Shown here: one piece after another, positions 17,919 through 27,564 of the stretch
How the letters are laid out: each line of letters starts with the position of its first letter
Numbering within the stretch: position 1 is the first letter of the stretch
NCBI GenBank assembly: GCA_964590575.1
Contig: CAZPWM010000011.1
Location: 25,218-53,965 of the forward strand
Length of the DNA: 28,748 bases
From: an uncultured archaeon
GTDB lineage: Archaea > Asgardarchaeota > Thorarchaeia > Thorarchaeales > Thorarchaeaceae
Direction: 5' to 3'
Made by a program: the position numbers and the translations under genes
The notes under the pieces: generated by a model
What the model was told of the DNA's origin: nothing
Databases searched by the model: none
The model's input: only the letters and a program-made list of their open reading frames with translations

Positions 17919-19178
17919 CTATAGAAGCTTTCGAAGACCAAGCTCTTCAATCTCTCTTTTCTTAGCCTCATTTTCCTTTAGCGGTTTTCGAGTCAGTGTT
18001 CGTTCCAAAGGTTTGAGGCGGTCTTCCCAAGACCTTTCTGCGGACTCAGGGATTTTACCGAAAGCTCGTGCGCGCGCTTCTTTGGAGCCGAGGGTTGTTG
18101 TTAGAGAACCAATTATTCCATATTCTGCAAGGCGCTTTGTTGTTGAGGATAGAGTACTCTCCTCCTTTGAGCGAGCAAGCAGTTGAGGGCTCTTGACTCC
18201 TGTAAGAATGAGCATAACACGGAGAACACCACTTAGTCGTGGGTCTACACGAGCACCCCAGATAACATTTGCATCAGGGCTCATCTTTTCAGACACAAGT
18301 TCTCCAACCTTGTTTGATTCTGCAAGGCTCATATCAGGACCACCTGTGATGTGAATTAAAGCACCAGTTGCTCCACTCCATTCTACCTCAAGGAGTGGGC
18401 TATTTAGAGCATTCTTAATGGCGTCATTAGCACGGTCCGCACCTGTGGCTTCTCCAAGCCCCACGAGCGCAACACCACCATTACAGATTATTGAACGAAC
18501 ATCAGCATAGTCCAAATTAATCAGACTTGGCATTGTAATTGTTTCAGTAATGCCCTTCACCATATTTGCAAGAACTTCATCTGCAACTCCAAAAGCTTCC
18601 TCTAGGGGGAGGTCTGGAACCAACTCCATTAGTTTCTGGTTATCAATGACCACTGCAGTGTCCACATTTTCCTGTAAACGCGCCAGACCAGCTTTTGCCT
18701 TGTCAATTCGGGTCCTTTCAAGGTTGAAAGGCATCGTAATAACACCAACAACTATTGCATCATTATTCTTAGCAATCTCTGCGACCACTGGAGCACTTCC
18801 TGTTCCAGTACCACCACCCATCCCAGCAGCGATGAATACTAGATCAGCATCTCGCAGAAGTTCGGTTATTTGTCCAGTTGATTCTTCTGCGGCTGCTCGT
18901 CCTACATGCGGATAGCCGCCAGCCCCTAGTCCGCGAGTTATTCTCTCGCCAATCAAGAGCTTCCTATGAGCTGTTGTGACTGCTAAGTGTTGGCGGTCAG
19001 TATTGATTGCTATACATTCAGCGCCTTGGATTCCAATAGTCATGAGTCGTTTCACTGTATTATTTCCAGCACCGCCACATCCCACAACCACAATTCGAGC
19101 TTGGCCTATATCACGGGCTGTGGACATGTTTCGCTCTCCACGACTGTGTTCACGTGCAGAATCAATCAGTGATTTCAT
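17919..19178 (-). CDS. ftsZ: Cell division protein FtsZ (FtsZ2-type context)
   Basis: VVGCGGAGNN, GMGGGTGTG and NLDYAD; directly downstream of cdrS. Confidence 0.97.
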   Translation of the reverse strand: MKSLIDSAREHSRGERNMSTARDIGQARIVVVGCGGAGNNTVKRLMTIGIQGAECIAINTDRQHLAVTTAHRKLLIGERITRGLGAGGYPHVGRAAAEESTGQITELLRDADLVFIAAGMGGGTGTGSAPVVAEIAKNNDAIVVGVITMPFNLERTRIDKAKAGLARLQENVDTAVVIDNQKLMELVPDLPLEEAFGVADEVLANMVKGITETITMPSLINLDYADVRSIICNGGVALVGLGEATGADRANDAIKNALNSPLLEVEWSGATGALIHITGGPDMSLAESNKVGELVSEKMSPDANVIWGARVDPRLSGVLRVMLILTGVKSPQLLARSKEESTLSSTTKRLAEYGIIGSLTTTLGSKEARARAFGKIPESAERSWEDRLKPLERTLTRKPLKENEAKKREIEELGLRKLL

Positions 19179-19357
19179 TATCCTACTACCTCACTCAACT
19201 TGCTAATGTTCATAGTGCCTTCCCAGAGTTCTCGTTTCAACAAATCACGGATTGCATTTCTAATGGCTTCCGATCTATTGGGATAGAGACCATTGTCTAC
19301 AAGGCGCTGGATATCCTCGACAATCTTCTCGGGCAAGTGCACTGCTATGAGACGCAT
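19178..19357 (-). CDS. cdrS: Ribbon-helix-helix regulator, CdrS-like (59 aa, absent from ORF track)
   Basis: MRLIAVHLPEKIVEDIQRLVDNGLYPNRSEAIRNAIRDLLKRE...; TAATG overlap with ftsZ start. Confidence 0.88.
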   Translation of the reverse strand: MRLIAVHLPEKIVEDIQRLVDNGLYPNRSEAIRNAIRDLLKRELWEGTMNISKLSEVVG

Positions 19358-19482
19358 GACTAGTCCTCTTAGATATTGAGAACTTAGTGGGATATGAATG
19401 TGGATATTACTAGGGGCCTACTTAGGAAAGAGTTGAGGTGTGTTCTCGAATATAGATTGTATAGGTCATGCATGTGTTAGAT

Positions 19483-19519
19483 AAAAATGAGAGGAAAGAG
19501 AGATAGGGACTCCTCTCAT
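19483..19519 (-). terminator. Hairpin plus T-tract after rpl2
   Basis: 9-bp inverted repeat atgagagga (19487-19495)/tcctctcat (19511-19519) followed by TTTT on the minus strand. Confidence 0.55.
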
Positions 19520-19532
19520 CTCCATCAATATT

Positions 19533-20255
19533 TTACTTTGTCTTGCGACCAGTTCGCCTAGCTGCTATGTTACCAACTTTGCGACCAGGTGGTGCATGTC
19601 TGCTTACGGTGGTTGGCCGACCAGGTGATTGATGGGAACCACCACCGTGTGGATGTGAGCACGCATTCATTGCAGCACCTCTGACAACAGGCCACTTACG
19701 AGCCTTTCCACGAGTATGGTGCCAGACTGTACCAGCCTTTAGGAATGGTTTCTCTTGGCGACCACCGCCAGCAACGATACCGATTGTTGCACGACATCTT
19801 GGACTGAAAGCTTTCTGTCTACCGCTCGGTAATCTGACCATTGCTTTAGTCTTGTCAATTGATACTATTGTAGCGGCAAGACCTGATGATTTTACATACT
19901 TTCCACCATCTCCAGGACTTCCTTCTATGTTGTAGACTGGAGTACCTTCAGGGATGTGTTCTAGTATCAGGGTGTTGCCATTTGCCAAACTTGCATCTTC
20001 ACCGCATTCGATTGTTTGACCAACCTGAGCACCTTCAGGTGCTACTATGTAGTGAATCTTGGTTTCTCCTTCATATCTGATCTCAGCAAGAGGCGCGCCT
20101 CTTCCAGATTCATGATGAAGGTTCATGATTGTACCTATGTAGGTCTTATTTGGAGCCCACTTGGGATGTCTAGCTGGTGCTATCTTCTTGTGGCTTGGAG
20201 ACCTCCACTGAGTAGTACCACGACCTTTTCGTTGTACCAGAATTCGTCTACCCAT
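19533..20255 (-). CDS. rpl2: 50S ribosomal protein uL2
   Basis: MGRRILVQRKGRG; WPVVRGAAMNACSHPHGGG. Confidence 0.97.
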   Translation of the reverse strand: MGRRILVQRKGRGTTQWRSPSHKKIAPARHPKWAPNKTYIGTIMNLHHESGRGAPLAEIRYEGETKIHYIVAPEGAQVGQTIECGEDASLANGNTLILEHIPEGTPVYNIEGSPGDGGKYVKSSGLAATIVSIDKTKAMVRLPSGRQKAFSPRCRATIGIVAGGGRQEKPFLKAGTVWHHTRGKARKWPVVRGAAMNACSHPHGGGSHQSPGRPTTVSRHAPPGRKVGNIAARRTGRKTK

Positions 20256-20267
20256 TTACAAGCCTCC

Positions 20268-20531
20268 TTAGAATATCCCGAGGTTGGTTGCAACCTCTGC
20301 GGCACTGTACTCAGGTGCCAGTCTCACTAATGCCTTCTTTGTTCCGTTAGGCATTATGAGTGTGTTAACTTTCACGACCACAACCTCAAAGAGAGTTTCA
20401 ACTGCCCACTTGATTGTGTTCTTGTTTGCAGTTCGAGATACATAGAAGATGAGCTTGTTCTCTTCATCCACAGCTTCAAGACTAGATTCTGTTACGACGG
20501 GGCGAATAATGATTTCATTTGGATCTCTCAT
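20268..20531 (-). CDS. rpl23: 50S ribosomal protein uL23
   Basis: IIRPVVTE; KVNTLI...KKALVRL. Confidence 0.96.
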   Translation of the reverse strand: MRDPNEIIIRPVVTESSLEAVDEENKLIFYVSRTANKNTIKWAVETLFEVVVVKVNTLIMPNGTKKALVRLAPEYSAAEVATNLGIF

Positions 20532-20540
20532 TTTCTCACC

Positions 20541-21332
20541 TCAAACGAACAGGTTCTCCTTCTCGAGCCTGTCAATGGCGGACTTTGTCCAAACCACCAG
20601 GCGTCCGGGATGTGTTCCAGGAGCCAGAAGTTCTGCATTTAACCCATGAACCTCTGTGATATCCACTCCAGGGAGATTTCTTGCAGCCTTAGTAATACCC
20701 GAGTCTTCGCCTACAACAATGAGTAGTGACTTGGGAGTCTTCATTTTGCGACCTCGCATCTTGCCTTTTCCAGCTCTGATGCTACGACCGTTTCTGGCTC
20801 TATCAAGATCATCCCCCAGACCTAAGAAGACGAGTGCTTCAAAAGTATCCTTTGTGCTGGAAAGGGATTCCAGCTTGTCGCTTACAACCAAAGGTATCTG
20901 AGGTACATTGTCTATCTTGTGACCCCTAGCTTTTACGAACTCAGGATTAGCAGATGCTGCAATAGCTGAACGGATTGCCAAACGGTTTTCCTTCGTATTT
21001 ATTCGCTCAACAATGACTTTCCTGGACTCTGGAGGATGTGCGACTCGACCTCCAATTGTACCGGGTGCAAACCCAGCTTTATTGGCGGCTCCTGTACCAC
21101 TTCCTTTAATCCGAGGCATCCTTGATTTACCATGTCCGGTCTGCCAACTCTGGGCAGTATTGCGCTTTCCAGCCAGCTCATCAACACCATGGGGTTGATA
21201 TCTTCGTGATTGAACAGCCAAAACAGCCCGTTTGATCACATCTGGACGATAAGGCGTTTCAAACTGTGAGGGCAATGCAACTGTTTCCTTTGTAGCCTTT
21301 CCCTTCAACGAGTATGTCTTTACACTTGCCAT
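20541..21332 (-). CDS. rpl4: 50S ribosomal protein uL4
   Basis: RPDVIKRAV, RAGKGKMRGR and LLAPGTHPGRL. Confidence 0.97.
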   Translation of the reverse strand: MASVKTYSLKGKATKETVALPSQFETPYRPDVIKRAVLAVQSRRYQPHGVDELAGKRNTAQSWQTGHGKSRMPRIKGSGTGAANKAGFAPGTIGGRVAHPPESRKVIVERINTKENRLAIRSAIAASANPEFVKARGHKIDNVPQIPLVVSDKLESLSSTKDTFEALVFLGLGDDLDRARNGRSIRAGKGKMRGRKMKTPKSLLIVVGEDSGITKAARNLPGVDITEVHGLNAELLAPGTHPGRLVVWTKSAIDRLEKENLFV

Positions 21333-21347
21333 AATTATCAACCTCCA

Positions 21348-22355
21348 CTATTGCTTCGAAGCAGTACTGATGTAGCTCACCTGGGTTGGAGTATCTACGT
21401 GTCCCTTCTTAGGACGAATAGCGAATCTGAATCGTACTGGTCGCTTAACTGTACCAGGGATCGATCCATGAAGCATTATGTAGTCGCCGCGAATCACGCC
21501 GTAATTCACGAAACCTCCAGAAGGTGTAATTTCCTCACCACGCTCACCCATCTTCAAGACTTTGTTGTTGAAGCTAGTGCGAGTATGGAAACCGGTCTGT
21601 CCTGGACGGGGTACTGTGTACCTGATATTGGATGGAGTCCATGGACCAATGCAACCCACACCACGTTTTGTTTTTCGTGATTTGTGTTGGAGGATTCGTA
21701 TTCCCCAACGACGTACAGGACCCTGAAAACCGTGACCCTTGGTCACAGCGATGGTGTCGACGAGAATTCCTTCAGTAAGGATATCTGCGACTCTAATATC
21801 TGTGCCAAGAATACTCTGAGCGTACTCAAAAGCTTCCTTGACACTTGGGGCGCCTACTTTGTACTCTGTTATGTCGGGCTTCTTCTTAGGTACTCCCGCA
21901 AGTCTTGGCTGAGTATGGATTAACATCCGGATTTCGGCAAGTGAGTCGAGGTTCTCCTCAAACTCTTTCATCTTGGCTCCGTAGTCATATTCTTTGGGAA
22001 AAGGCATTGCTTTCCTAAGGTCTTCCGAGAAAGTTTCGGCAAGAACCTCAGTGACTAGTTTAGCACCATAGGGTGTTGCTTTATAGCCACGGATTGAGAA
22101 TGGTCTAATTGGCGGTGTGTCGATGACTGTGACCGGAATCACAGTTTCCTGGCCCCGGAAAGGGCTGTTAGGATTTTCAATTGTCATTACCGCATGTGTC
22201 ATACCGGCTTTGTAGCCGACGAAACCAAGTAGTTTTGCAGCCGAGTTATCGTACTCAGGCCAATTCTTGATACGGGGCACGAATTTGGAAGCTCGACCTC
22301 GTGGCAAGTATGCTAGACTGCCACGCCTTGGTGCGTTCTTCTTTCTGTGTGCCAA
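21348..22355 (-). CDS. rpl3: 50S ribosomal protein uL3 (TTG start)
   Basis: PRRGSLAYLPR, GYKAGMTH and TKGHGFQGPVRRWG. Confidence 0.97.
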   Translation of the reverse strand: MAHRKKNAPRRGSLAYLPRGRASKFVPRIKNWPEYDNSAAKLLGFVGYKAGMTHAVMTIENPNSPFRGQETVIPVTVIDTPPIRPFSIRGYKATPYGAKLVTEVLAETFSEDLRKAMPFPKEYDYGAKMKEFEENLDSLAEIRMLIHTQPRLAGVPKKKPDITEYKVGAPSVKEAFEYAQSILGTDIRVADILTEGILVDTIAVTKGHGFQGPVRRWGIRILQHKSRKTKRGVGCIGPWTPSNIRYTVPRPGQTGFHTRTSFNNKVLKMGERGEEITPSGGFVNYGVIRGDYIMLHGSIPGTVKRPVRFRFAIRPKKGHVDTPTQVSYISTASKQ

Positions 22356-22506
22356 TTCAAACACCACAATAATTACCGTATCGAACGGCCTCTAGACTAG
22401 GGCTATTCGTACTACATCGCGAGCCGAGTCGGAGTCTGTTTTTAAGATTTGCCCACTGACCAAAAGCGGTTTCCAGATGACCCAAGAGATATAGATCCGG
22501 GTGAGT

Positions 22507-24873
22507 TTAGATACGTTTCTGTTCAGTCCTGGCAATAATCTCATTTTGTAGATCTTTGCCAATGTTGACAAAGTAATCACTATAACCTGCGACTCTGACA
22601 ATCAAATCCTGATAGCATTCAGGACTTTTCTGAGCAGACTTAAGCGTGTCAGCATGGACCACGTTGAACTGGATATGATGCCCACCAAGTTTGAAGTAAG
22701 TCCGCACGAGGTCTCCAAGCTTCCTTCTACCCTCTGGATCAGCTAAAACCTCAGGCATGAACTTCTGGTTAAGGAGAGTCCCACCCGTCTTCCAGTGATC
22801 AATCTTAGCCACAGATTTGATGACTGCTGTTGGTCCTTTTGTATCAGCCCCGTGACTTGGAGATATACCATCAGAGAGGGGAGCTCCAGCGTTCCGACCA
22901 TCTGGAGTTGCACCAGTAACTTGTCCAAAGTAGATATGTACAGTGGTAGGAAGCAGGTTCACTCGATACTCACCGCCCTTCGTATTGGGGCGGCCATCAA
23001 TTAGGTCAAAGTATGCCTCAAATACTTCCTTGGCTAGTGTATCAGCATAATCAAGATCATTCCCGTACTTAGGCGTCTTGTTTAACAGCGTCATTCTCAT
23101 GACTTCATTGTCTTCATAATCAGTTCTAAGCCCATCGAGTAATTCCTTCATAGTGAACTGATTCTTCTCAAAGACATGAAACTTGATAGCTGAAAGGGAG
23201 TCTGTTATCGTACCCATTCCTACTCCTTGAATGTACGTCGAATTATAGCGAGGGCCACCATCATGGTAATCCTTTCCTCGTGCAATGCAGTCATCAAACA
23301 AGAGTGACATGAAGGGAGCTGGCATATACTCTGCATATAGACGCTCGATAATGTTGTTACCTTTGATTTTCAGGTCAATAAAATATCCAAGTTGTTTCTT
23401 GTAAGCAGAAAACAGATCATCAAATGAGTCGAATTTAGTGGGATCACCGGTCTCTATACCTACATTTTCTCCGGTTCGAGGGTCAGTTCCATTGTTAAGA
23501 GTGATTTCCAGTATCTTTGGCCAGTTACAATAACCTGTCAGGGTACAGCTTTCCTTGCCAAAAGCGCTGATTGTCACACATCCACTAGGACCTCCTACTC
23601 GAGCATCCTCAATTGATTTTCCAGCACGTAGAAACTCCTTGATTATAACATCAGTGTTGAAAATAGAAGGTTGTCCAAAACCCTCCTTGACAACTTCGAC
23701 TGCCTTCGTTAGAAAACTAGAGGGATTCTCAGTACTCAGTTGGATGCAGACACTAGGTTGTATGAGGCGCATATCATTGCACACCTCTAAAATGAGATGA
23801 GATAACTCGTTCACACTATCTTTACCATCAGCAGTGAGTCCACCAGTGTTGATCAACGCAAAGTCTTGATAGGTCCCGCTCTGTTGTTCTGTTATTGATA
23901 CTTTCAGTGGAGCGGGTTGGTTGTTGAACTTCACCCAGAAGCACTGAAGGAGTTCCTTGGCGAAATCTCTCGTCAGAGTTCCGTTTCCTAACTCTTTTTC
24001 ATAGAATGGATAGAGATTCAGGTCCAGTCTACCAGGATTGAAGCTGTCCCAGACATTCAGCTCGATGATGACTGCTAAGTGAACGAACCAGTAGGATTGC
24101 AAAGCCTCCCAAAAGTTACGAGGGGGATTCGCTGGAACATGCTGGCAAATATCAGCGATTCGCACGAGTTCCTCTTTTCGATCATCATCAGATTCACTCT
24201 CTGCGAGCTCTAGAGCCTTCTCTGCATGTCGTTCAGCAAAAATAATCACTGCATTTGCGGCAATTTCCATTGCCTTCAATTCTTGTTCTTTGTTGTAAGC
24301 TTCTGGATCATTATAGTAGTCAAGTTCAATCAAGTGTTTCCTGATATCATCAATGAAGTCTAAGAAACCTCGACAGTATATCTTATCGTCAAGAATAGCA
24401 TGTCCAGGAGCGCGCTGTTCCATAAACTCTGTGAAAACACCTGCATTGAAGGCCTTCATCCATTCGTCTGACATGGCATCAAAAACCCGGTCTCGCATGG
24501 TGCGGCCAGTCCAAAAAGGAATGATTTCATCACGATACGTAGTTCTAGTGTCTTCAGTTGACAAGAATGGAGTTCGTTCCCGTGAATTGGCAATGTCAAG
24601 GTCCTCAAGGGTATGACAACAGAGTTCAGGATATGTAGATGCAGCTTGTGGAGCGGGACCTCTCTCTCCAACAATCAGCTCACCAACATTAATACAGACC
24701 GTCTTGTTCTCTAATATATGCTTGAAAGCGAGAGCTCGTGCAACTGGTGTAGAAACCATATCTGCACCACCACTCTGGTAGAAATCTGTCAAAAGCTCCG
24801 CCCTCTCGGTAGAAATGTAGGGTTTTGTGTTAACACTTTGATTTCGAAGCTGTTTCACTCTCTCGGTCTGCAT
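22507..24873 (-). CDS. Glycyl radical enzyme, trans-4-hydroxy-L-proline dehydratase (HypD/PflD)-like
   Basis: RVAGYS glycyl loop, FTEFMEQRAPGH, WDSFNPGRLD, TYQDF; Cys loop reads SGCVT. Confidence 0.88.
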   Translation of the reverse strand: MQTERVKQLRNQSVNTKPYISTERAELLTDFYQSGGADMVSTPVARALAFKHILENKTVCINVGELIVGERGPAPQAASTYPELCCHTLEDLDIANSRERTPFLSTEDTRTTYRDEIIPFWTGRTMRDRVFDAMSDEWMKAFNAGVFTEFMEQRAPGHAILDDKIYCRGFLDFIDDIRKHLIELDYYNDPEAYNKEQELKAMEIAANAVIIFAERHAEKALELAESESDDDRKEELVRIADICQHVPANPPRNFWEALQSYWFVHLAVIIELNVWDSFNPGRLDLNLYPFYEKELGNGTLTRDFAKELLQCFWVKFNNQPAPLKVSITEQQSGTYQDFALINTGGLTADGKDSVNELSHLILEVCNDMRLIQPSVCIQLSTENPSSFLTKAVEVVKEGFGQPSIFNTDVIIKEFLRAGKSIEDARVGGPSGCVTISAFGKESCTLTGYCNWPKILEITLNNGTDPRTGENVGIETGDPTKFDSFDDLFSAYKKQLGYFIDLKIKGNNIIERLYAEYMPAPFMSLLFDDCIARGKDYHDGGPRYNSTYIQGVGMGTITDSLSAIKFHVFEKNQFTMKELLDGLRTDYEDNEVMRMTLLNKTPKYGNDLDYADTLAKEVFEAYFDLIDGRPNTKGGEYRVNLLPTTVHIYFGQVTGATPDGRNAGAPLSDGISPSHGADTKGPTAVIKSVAKIDHWKTGGTLLNQKFMPEVLADPEGRRKLGDLVRTYFKLGGHHIQFNVVHADTLKSAQKSPECYQDLIVRVAGYSDYFVNIGKDLQNEIIARTEQKRI

Positions 24874-24939
24874 GTTTTATTCGCCGTTATTGGTGTTCTA
24901 GTAGGTTTCTTCTATAAAGGTCACGTATGCCTGCACGGG

Positions 24940-25797
24940 TCATCCATGAAAACCAGGTTTCGAGATCATCATGCCTACAGATGTGTTCAATAGGCTGAGA
25001 CTCGCAAACATTGCTTCTTCAAGACGAACCGTTTCAGTGCCTTGGTCTGGGATTGTGTTCACCCAGAAATCTATGTTGGATTTGACTCCATCTCTTTCCT
25101 TATTGAAGAACCCGAGGATACCATGACCAGGTCCGCCAAACAGAGCTAAGACGGATTGTGTACCTGCGATTGTTGATTTCAAGTCATTCTCTAGTTGGTG
25201 GTAAGACGGGGCATTCCTCGAAAATCCAATTCTAGTTGAATCATCTGATTCTTCGAGGAATTTTACAAGGTTTGCTACTCGATCAACTGCAAATCCCCAA
25301 TAGTCATTGACATCATCACGGTCAATCACCTCGAGCACAATCTGCGGTTTGGTCTTTATCACCTTGAACAGAGTGGGATCACGTTCACTCACCGTTTTTG
25401 GATAAGCAACTAGCTTGCTAAGGCCTAAGTCAATTTTCCCAGGCCAAACCTGCAGACCCCATCTTACGATGCCCTCTTGAAGGTCATCTATTGCACTTTC
25501 TAATGGATGACTTTTAGTTCTTAATGGTGGAAGAAGACCAACGTACTTGAGAGATTGTGACTTGGAAAAGCTTCTCTTACGCAAATATTGTGGCGTGTCC
25601 ATGTATTGAAGTATTTTTCTGAGGAGGTCTGTATCTCGTTTCTTTTCAGGACTTAGCAGCCCAGTGTCATAGATATATACAAATTCAACACGAAAGACAG
25701 CTAGTGCACGAGCGATAACTCCGGCCTTGACAGTCTTTTCACGCAGGTCCGAGCAATCTGTTAGTGATGTATCAGGGATAGCAACACTTAGCGTCAT
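24940..25797 (-). CDS. SPOUT RNA methyltransferase (COG2106/SPOUT1-like)
   Basis: LSVAIPD, YMDTPQYLRK and NTIPDQGTETVRLEEA. Confidence 0.9.
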   Translation of the reverse strand: MTLSVAIPDTSLTDCSDLREKTVKAGVIARALAVFRVEFVYIYDTGLLSPEKKRDTDLLRKILQYMDTPQYLRKRSFSKSQSLKYVGLLPPLRTKSHPLESAIDDLQEGIVRWGLQVWPGKIDLGLSKLVAYPKTVSERDPTLFKVIKTKPQIVLEVIDRDDVNDYWGFAVDRVANLVKFLEESDDSTRIGFSRNAPSYHQLENDLKSTIAGTQSVLALFGGPGHGILGFFNKERDGVKSNIDFWVNTIPDQGTETVRLEEAMFASLSLLNTSVGMMISKPGFHG

Positions 25798-25809
25798 TTG
25801 TAATTACTC

Positions 25810-26241
25810 CTAGAGATCTAAAGTGAACCATAACGTTGTACGAGTAGGTTCCTGAAGGATTTTCATGTCAGCATATGTCATAGCTTTAACCTCGGTCCTA
25901 GTGTCATGTTTTTCATGGTCAATCGTTTCACCAAATGCGCGAGCTTCTAGTACGTAGCCTTCTAACGTTGCCTCAATGTGGTCTACCTGGAACTTGGAAT
26001 AGAACTGCCCTTTGATATCAATCAACGAAATGAGCTCACCTATCCATTCCACTAGGAGTTCTTCAAGATCTGTTCCTGTTACCTCAATTTCAGTGGTATC
26101 CTTTGGATTCACAGTAGAAGTGTCAAGAATGACCTCAAATGTTGCAAGAGCTGCTTGTTCGAACGCATCAATCAAGTCTGGAGCCCAGCACTCAATCGTG
26201 ATGTCTGCCGTATGATCGTGAAATTTGAAACCGCGCTCCAA
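25810..26241 (-). CDS. Archease
   Basis: DHTADI and EVKAMTY motifs; C-terminal LDL. Confidence 0.93.
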   Translation of the reverse strand: MERGFKFHDHTADITIECWAPDLIDAFEQAALATFEVILDTSTVNPKDTTEIEVTGTDLEELLVEWIGELISLIDIKGQFYSKFQVDHIEATLEGYVLEARAFGETIDHEKHDTRTEVKAMTYADMKILQEPTRTTLWFTLDL

Positions 26242-26312
26242 TGATTTAGTTCACCTTCTCAGCCAACCACGACAAGAAGCTTAAAAGGCATTTCCAACGG
26301 TGGCAATGCTAA

Positions 26313-26428
26313 GCCGAGGTAGCCAAGCCCGGATTACGGCGCCGGTCTTGAAAACCGGTTTCTTCGGAAGCATGAGTTCAAGGAGATCCACTAATCGTGG
26401 AGTCGAACAAATCTCATCCTCGGCGCCA
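26313..26428 (+). tRNA. tRNA-Ser(UGA) with T-loop 58/59 intron (26382-26410, 29 nt); CCA encoded
   Basis: Acceptor GCCGAGG/CCTCGGC, CCGGT-CTTGAAA-ACCGG, long variable arm; BHB helix GTTC/GAAC with AAG and AAA bulges. Confidence 0.95.
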
Positions 26429-26756
26429 TATTTTCATAATCAGTGAATATTGGATATATATCAGAATTTCTTCCCAGAAACATGCATTTTTGACCTTTGA
26501 AGAGCTTTAGAGCTCTAACAATAGGGAGTTTTGTGAGGCTCACTCTTTCGATTTTGATGTTATCAAGGCTAGACTGAATGCTACTGTATGGTAAGATCCT
26601 GGTGACGTGTTGATGAGTTCCATGTAGTCTATTCCTTGGTTTGACAAGTTATCGATGAAATTGAAGGAGATTGATGGTTGGGTGTTAAAAGATATAATTA
26701 ATAAACTCGTCCAGCTTTCATTTATAGAAATTTTTCCCCGAAAAGGTGAATTTAAA

Positions 26757-27386
26757 GTGAGTAAAGGAAGCAATATGTTAGGGGTTGTAGCCCTCATCGT
26801 TGCACTATCAGGAGTCGCTTTGGGAGCCTATTCTTTCCTTTTTGTGAATAATTATGTTAATGATCTGAATGCTCAAATTGAGGACTTGAATACTCAAATC
26901 GGTGACCTGAATGCAGTAATCAATGACCTGAATACATATGTCAACGAAACAAATTCATATAATCCACCAATGGCAAAAGTGTATTATGATGATGTGTCTG
27001 CATATTCAATACCCAGTGGAGCATCCCAAACCTTCAACTATAATCAAATAGATTTTGATAATCGTGATGCGTTTAATCTCACATCTGATTCCTATACGAT
27101 TCATGAACCAGGTTTTTATCAGGTAACAGCACAATATAGCATAGAAGCACTTGATGGGGATTTCTTTATGATACAACTTCTCAGTAATGGCATTATATTC
27201 TGTTCCAGATCGTTAACTGCAAGCTATAGTACTAATACATTTGGGGTCGTTCTAACGAATATTTTCAATTTCGCCGAAGGTGACTCTCTTACTATACTAG
27301 TGTACCAATATAATTTGGGATCTGCAACAAGAAATATATTCCCTGGAGGAGCGCATAACTTTTTTACGATTGCAAAAATAAACTAA
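26757..27386 (+). CDS. Membrane-anchored coiled-coil protein with C1q/TNF-like C-terminal domain
   Basis: GGTGA RBS then GTG at 26757; N-terminal TM; four DLN heptads; FDNRDAFNLTSDSYTIHEPGFYQV resembles the C1q motif. Confidence 0.7.
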   Translation: MSKGSNMLGVVALIVALSGVALGAYSFLFVNNYVNDLNAQIEDLNTQIGDLNAVINDLNTYVNETNSYNPPMAKVYYDDVSAYSIPSGASQTFNYNQIDFDNRDAFNLTSDSYTIHEPGFYQVTAQYSIEALDGDFFMIQLLSNGIIFCSRSLTASYSTNTFGVVLTNIFNFAEGDSLTILVYQYNLGSATRNIFPGGAHNFFTIAKIN

Positions 27387-27564
27387 ATCCTAATAATAAA
27401 CATAGTTCTACTGAATTAAGGTTCCCAGTCGAGTTGGCGTTTCTAGGATACTCGATTGTGGTATTGCTATGTTACATATTGAGTTAGGTGCACATGTATC
27501 AAGCGTCAAAGGCAGTTGGAAATTTCTTGATTATCCAGAGGTTGCAGGATACAGAATCAACTAG

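Noticed and set aside
22375-22446. Possible structured ribosomal leader upstream of rpl3
   Set aside because: Only a weak imperfect hairpin; cannot be supported without comparative data
26540-26797. 85-aa minus-strand ORF in the tRNA-Ser island as an integrase remnant
   Set aside because: No tyrosine- or serine-recombinase motifs are visible
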